DNA of 63,850 nt, the filler included, from Atractiella rhizophila (Eukaryota), in the NCBI GenBank assembly GCA_021432655.1. It is 9 parts of 9 records of this genome, joined end to end, with 100 filler letters (N's around TTAATTAATTAA, not from the genome) between each part and the next. Parts side by side here need not be neighbours in the genome. Positions count along the whole stretch, not along the records: positions 56,592 to 63,850 come from MU272223.1; 8 more parts are not named here. One strand, 5' to 3'. The translations under genes and the position numbers were made by a program. Shown here piece by piece: positions 61,660 through 63,850 of this stretch. The stretch's first letter is position 1; every line of letters starts with the position of its first letter. The notes under the pieces are model-generated. The model ran no database searches and was not told where the DNA came from. It worked only from the letters and a program-made list of their open reading frames with translations.

Positions 61660-63190
61660 TACTTTATGTTGAAATAAAATAGAGGTAAAGAAAGAAAGAG
61701 GGTCCAAAAGTGTAAAAGTAAAAGATTAAAGAGTGGTTGAATTCTGAAAATAAATGGACGGAAGAAAGGATTCAGAGAGGCTTATCTTTGTAACTTAGGT
61801 GGTTTAGAGGTTTAGTCCACTCCTGTTCGGGCAGTACAGTGTTGAGCTTCCTTGTGGTTCTGCTTCCTGTAACAGAGAATCCTTTCCATTGCTCACATGT
61901 GATGGGTGAACCTTCTAGTGGCTCTGATGAATTTCCAGAGATGGTACCACATTGGGGTTAGAGAGAACCGAAGCATTGCTTGTGAGATGGATTCCGACTT
62001 TCGCTAACTTCTTCTTAAACTTATCTCAGTGGAGCCTGTGCCTCCTGCATGATTGCAGATAGTGTTTTACCTTTTTGTGGGAGTGACAGTGACAGAACTC
62101 ACAGAGGGGAGACTCCTGCACTTTCTTGCGATACAGATAATCCCTGAGTCCTATGTGACCTGATCTGAGTTGAAGCCACCAGTCTTGGGAGTTCAGCAAG
62201 CATAGCATATGTCTTGGCTGAAGGTATCTCTTCTCTTGCTTTGGCATGGTGCTTCCTCACGTTGTCAGATGGTTCATTTTGAAAAGGGGAGTATCCATGG
62301 ATGGTTTGTGCAAAAGTGGATGGGCTGAACGGGAATGGGAGGGTGGAGCGGCATCCTTTCTCTTTGTCGTTTTACATGCGAGGAATCTGCTGCTTTGTTG
62401 CCCTTGATCTCTTGATGTCCTGGGACCCATTGAAGATGGATTCTTGTGTGTGGAAGAAGATCAGTGATGAGACTTAGCTTTGAGTGTATGTCTAGTACGA
62501 TATGTTGTCCAGGTCTGTGGCTGGGTCGCCTCTCCAGAGTTTTTGATGACGCTCTGGCTATCAGAGAATATCACTACATTTGGTGGAACTTCTTCCAGAC
62601 GTGCCAGACGACCCAATGCTAGCCTTACTCCTGTTAACTCGGCTTTGAAGATTGAGTTCCGGTTGGGGTTGCCAATTCTGACTAACGACCACTCCGATGA
62701 CGCATCAATTGCAGCCGCCCCTACCCCATCCTCAGTGCTAGATCCATCCGTGAAGATGTGAAGGTCTGTTTTGTTGTTGGAGATTGCATTGTAAGCATCC
62801 AGTGCTGACTCTTTGGATTCAGATATGTTGGAGGTGAAGAGGGCAAGAAATTGGGAGGAAGAGGGAGAGGCTGGAGGATTTCCAGGTCTGAGGTAAAGGA
62901 CAGGGCACCTTGGTGAAAAGCTTTGTGTGAAGGGGAAGGGAATTTGGTAGCAAAGGCCAGTCTGTGTGTCGAGCGGCACACCTGCTGGATTAGAGTCTGG
63001 AAGGGTGAGGCACATTACACCACGAAAGATAATCTTATGCAGGCGGACAACTGGGTCCGGAAGGTTAGTGTCAAAGGCAAGGGCAGGGATGCAGGTTGAT
63101 TTGAAGGCACCCAGCATAAGGCTTTGGGCTAAATGGTGAAGGATCTCCAATCTGTGGACGATGGCTATTCGGATGTGTAGTTGATGTCAC
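61660..63190 (-). mobile_element. Decayed non-LTR retrotransposon (Tad1/I-like LINE) 3' part: RNase H and zinc knuckle
   Basis: HIFTDGS...GVGAAA; SIFKAELTG; VIFSDSQS; LQWVPGHQEIKGN; LQLRSGHIGLRDYL...SPLCEFC...KHYLQSC. Frameshifted. Boundaries approximate. Confidence 0.88.
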
Positions 63191-63529
63191 ACTATGGCAG
63201 CATAGTCAGTGGCGGCGCAGACGATACAGATGTACAGGCGATGGAATTGGGCCAGTGGAATGCCTTCAGTCATTCTCGCCAGTGATGCAATTGCCATGGT
63301 CCTTGTCAGCAAATTCTTAAACATCCCCTCCAGATTCCTCTTCCAGATCAATAGATTTGGCATCATCATCAAGGTTGAAAAGCTTATAATGAGCTTCCTG
63401 GTCACTATCCTTGCTAGCATTGAAGTCAAGCATCCTGCCTGTTGCTCATCTGTGAATAAGTCTGGGAAGCTAAGATCAAAATTGGGATCTTGCCCAGAGG
63501 GATAGACAGGAGTGGGACTGAGCACCATA

Positions 63530-63850
63530 ACGCAAGATGTCAACCCAGTCGAGTTGAGGCAATACTTTCAAGAGCGCATGGTCCTTACGGCCCGGAATGT
63601 TGATGTTGACATGATAAATGATCAGCTTATTCGACAATTTGTCTCCCGACAGTAACGTATCTACCTTAGTGCTGACCAATTGATGGACGACAGTGAGAAC
63701 ATTCAACAAGGCTTCACAGTTGAATACCTCAATACTCTCAATATGATGGGTCTCCCTCTTCATCGTCTTCATCTCAAAGTTGGAGCCCCTATCATTCTAA
63801 TACGAAACCTCAATCCTTCAGCTGGGCTCTGTAACGGTACACGGTTGATC
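63530..63850 (+). mobile_element. Helitron-type Pif1 helicase fragment, decayed
   Basis: YFQERMVLTARNVDVDMIN...YLSAD...EYLNTLNMMGLPLHRLHLKVGAPIILIRNLNPSAGLCNGTRLI, with an internal stop. Confidence 0.88.

Overview
Intron-rich fungal (basidiomycete-like) genomic DNA. The window is not contiguous: nine short contigs (1-7425, 7526-14944, 15045-22436, 22537-29904, 30005-37311, 37412-41725, 41826-49119, 49220-56491, 56592-63850) are joined by an artificial 100-nt spacer (N44-TTAATTAATTAA-N44), so neighbourhood only means something within a contig. Contigs 1-7 hold mostly housekeeping genes: URB2, CDC40/PRP17, an HPP protein, PRP19, a kinesin, GH79, the 5' end of ERG7, an FMO, a CreB/USP12-46 deubiquitinase, a siderophore N-acyltransferase, RRG7, MCM1, an amino-acid permease, CUL3, NMT1 and GAPDH. 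Contigs 8-9 are accessory and TE-rich (hAT, nested copia, LINE, Helitron, an FHA-kinase pseudogene). Most interesting: (1) a 5-exon secreted Kex2-processed repeat protein (KEP) with 19 Trp-terminated peptide modules, the first resembling Cryptococcus quorum peptide Qsp1; (2) a patatin-STAND-TPR NLR-like gene with an in-frame C-terminal BAG domain, degenerate catalytic motifs and one internal TGA; (3) a candidate box C/D snoRNA in a PRP19 intron; (4) a GAPDH partial tandem duplication that creates a C2-domain::GAPDH chimera; (5) an FMO start codon split by an intron. All family calls are by-eye motif recognition; no database searches were run.
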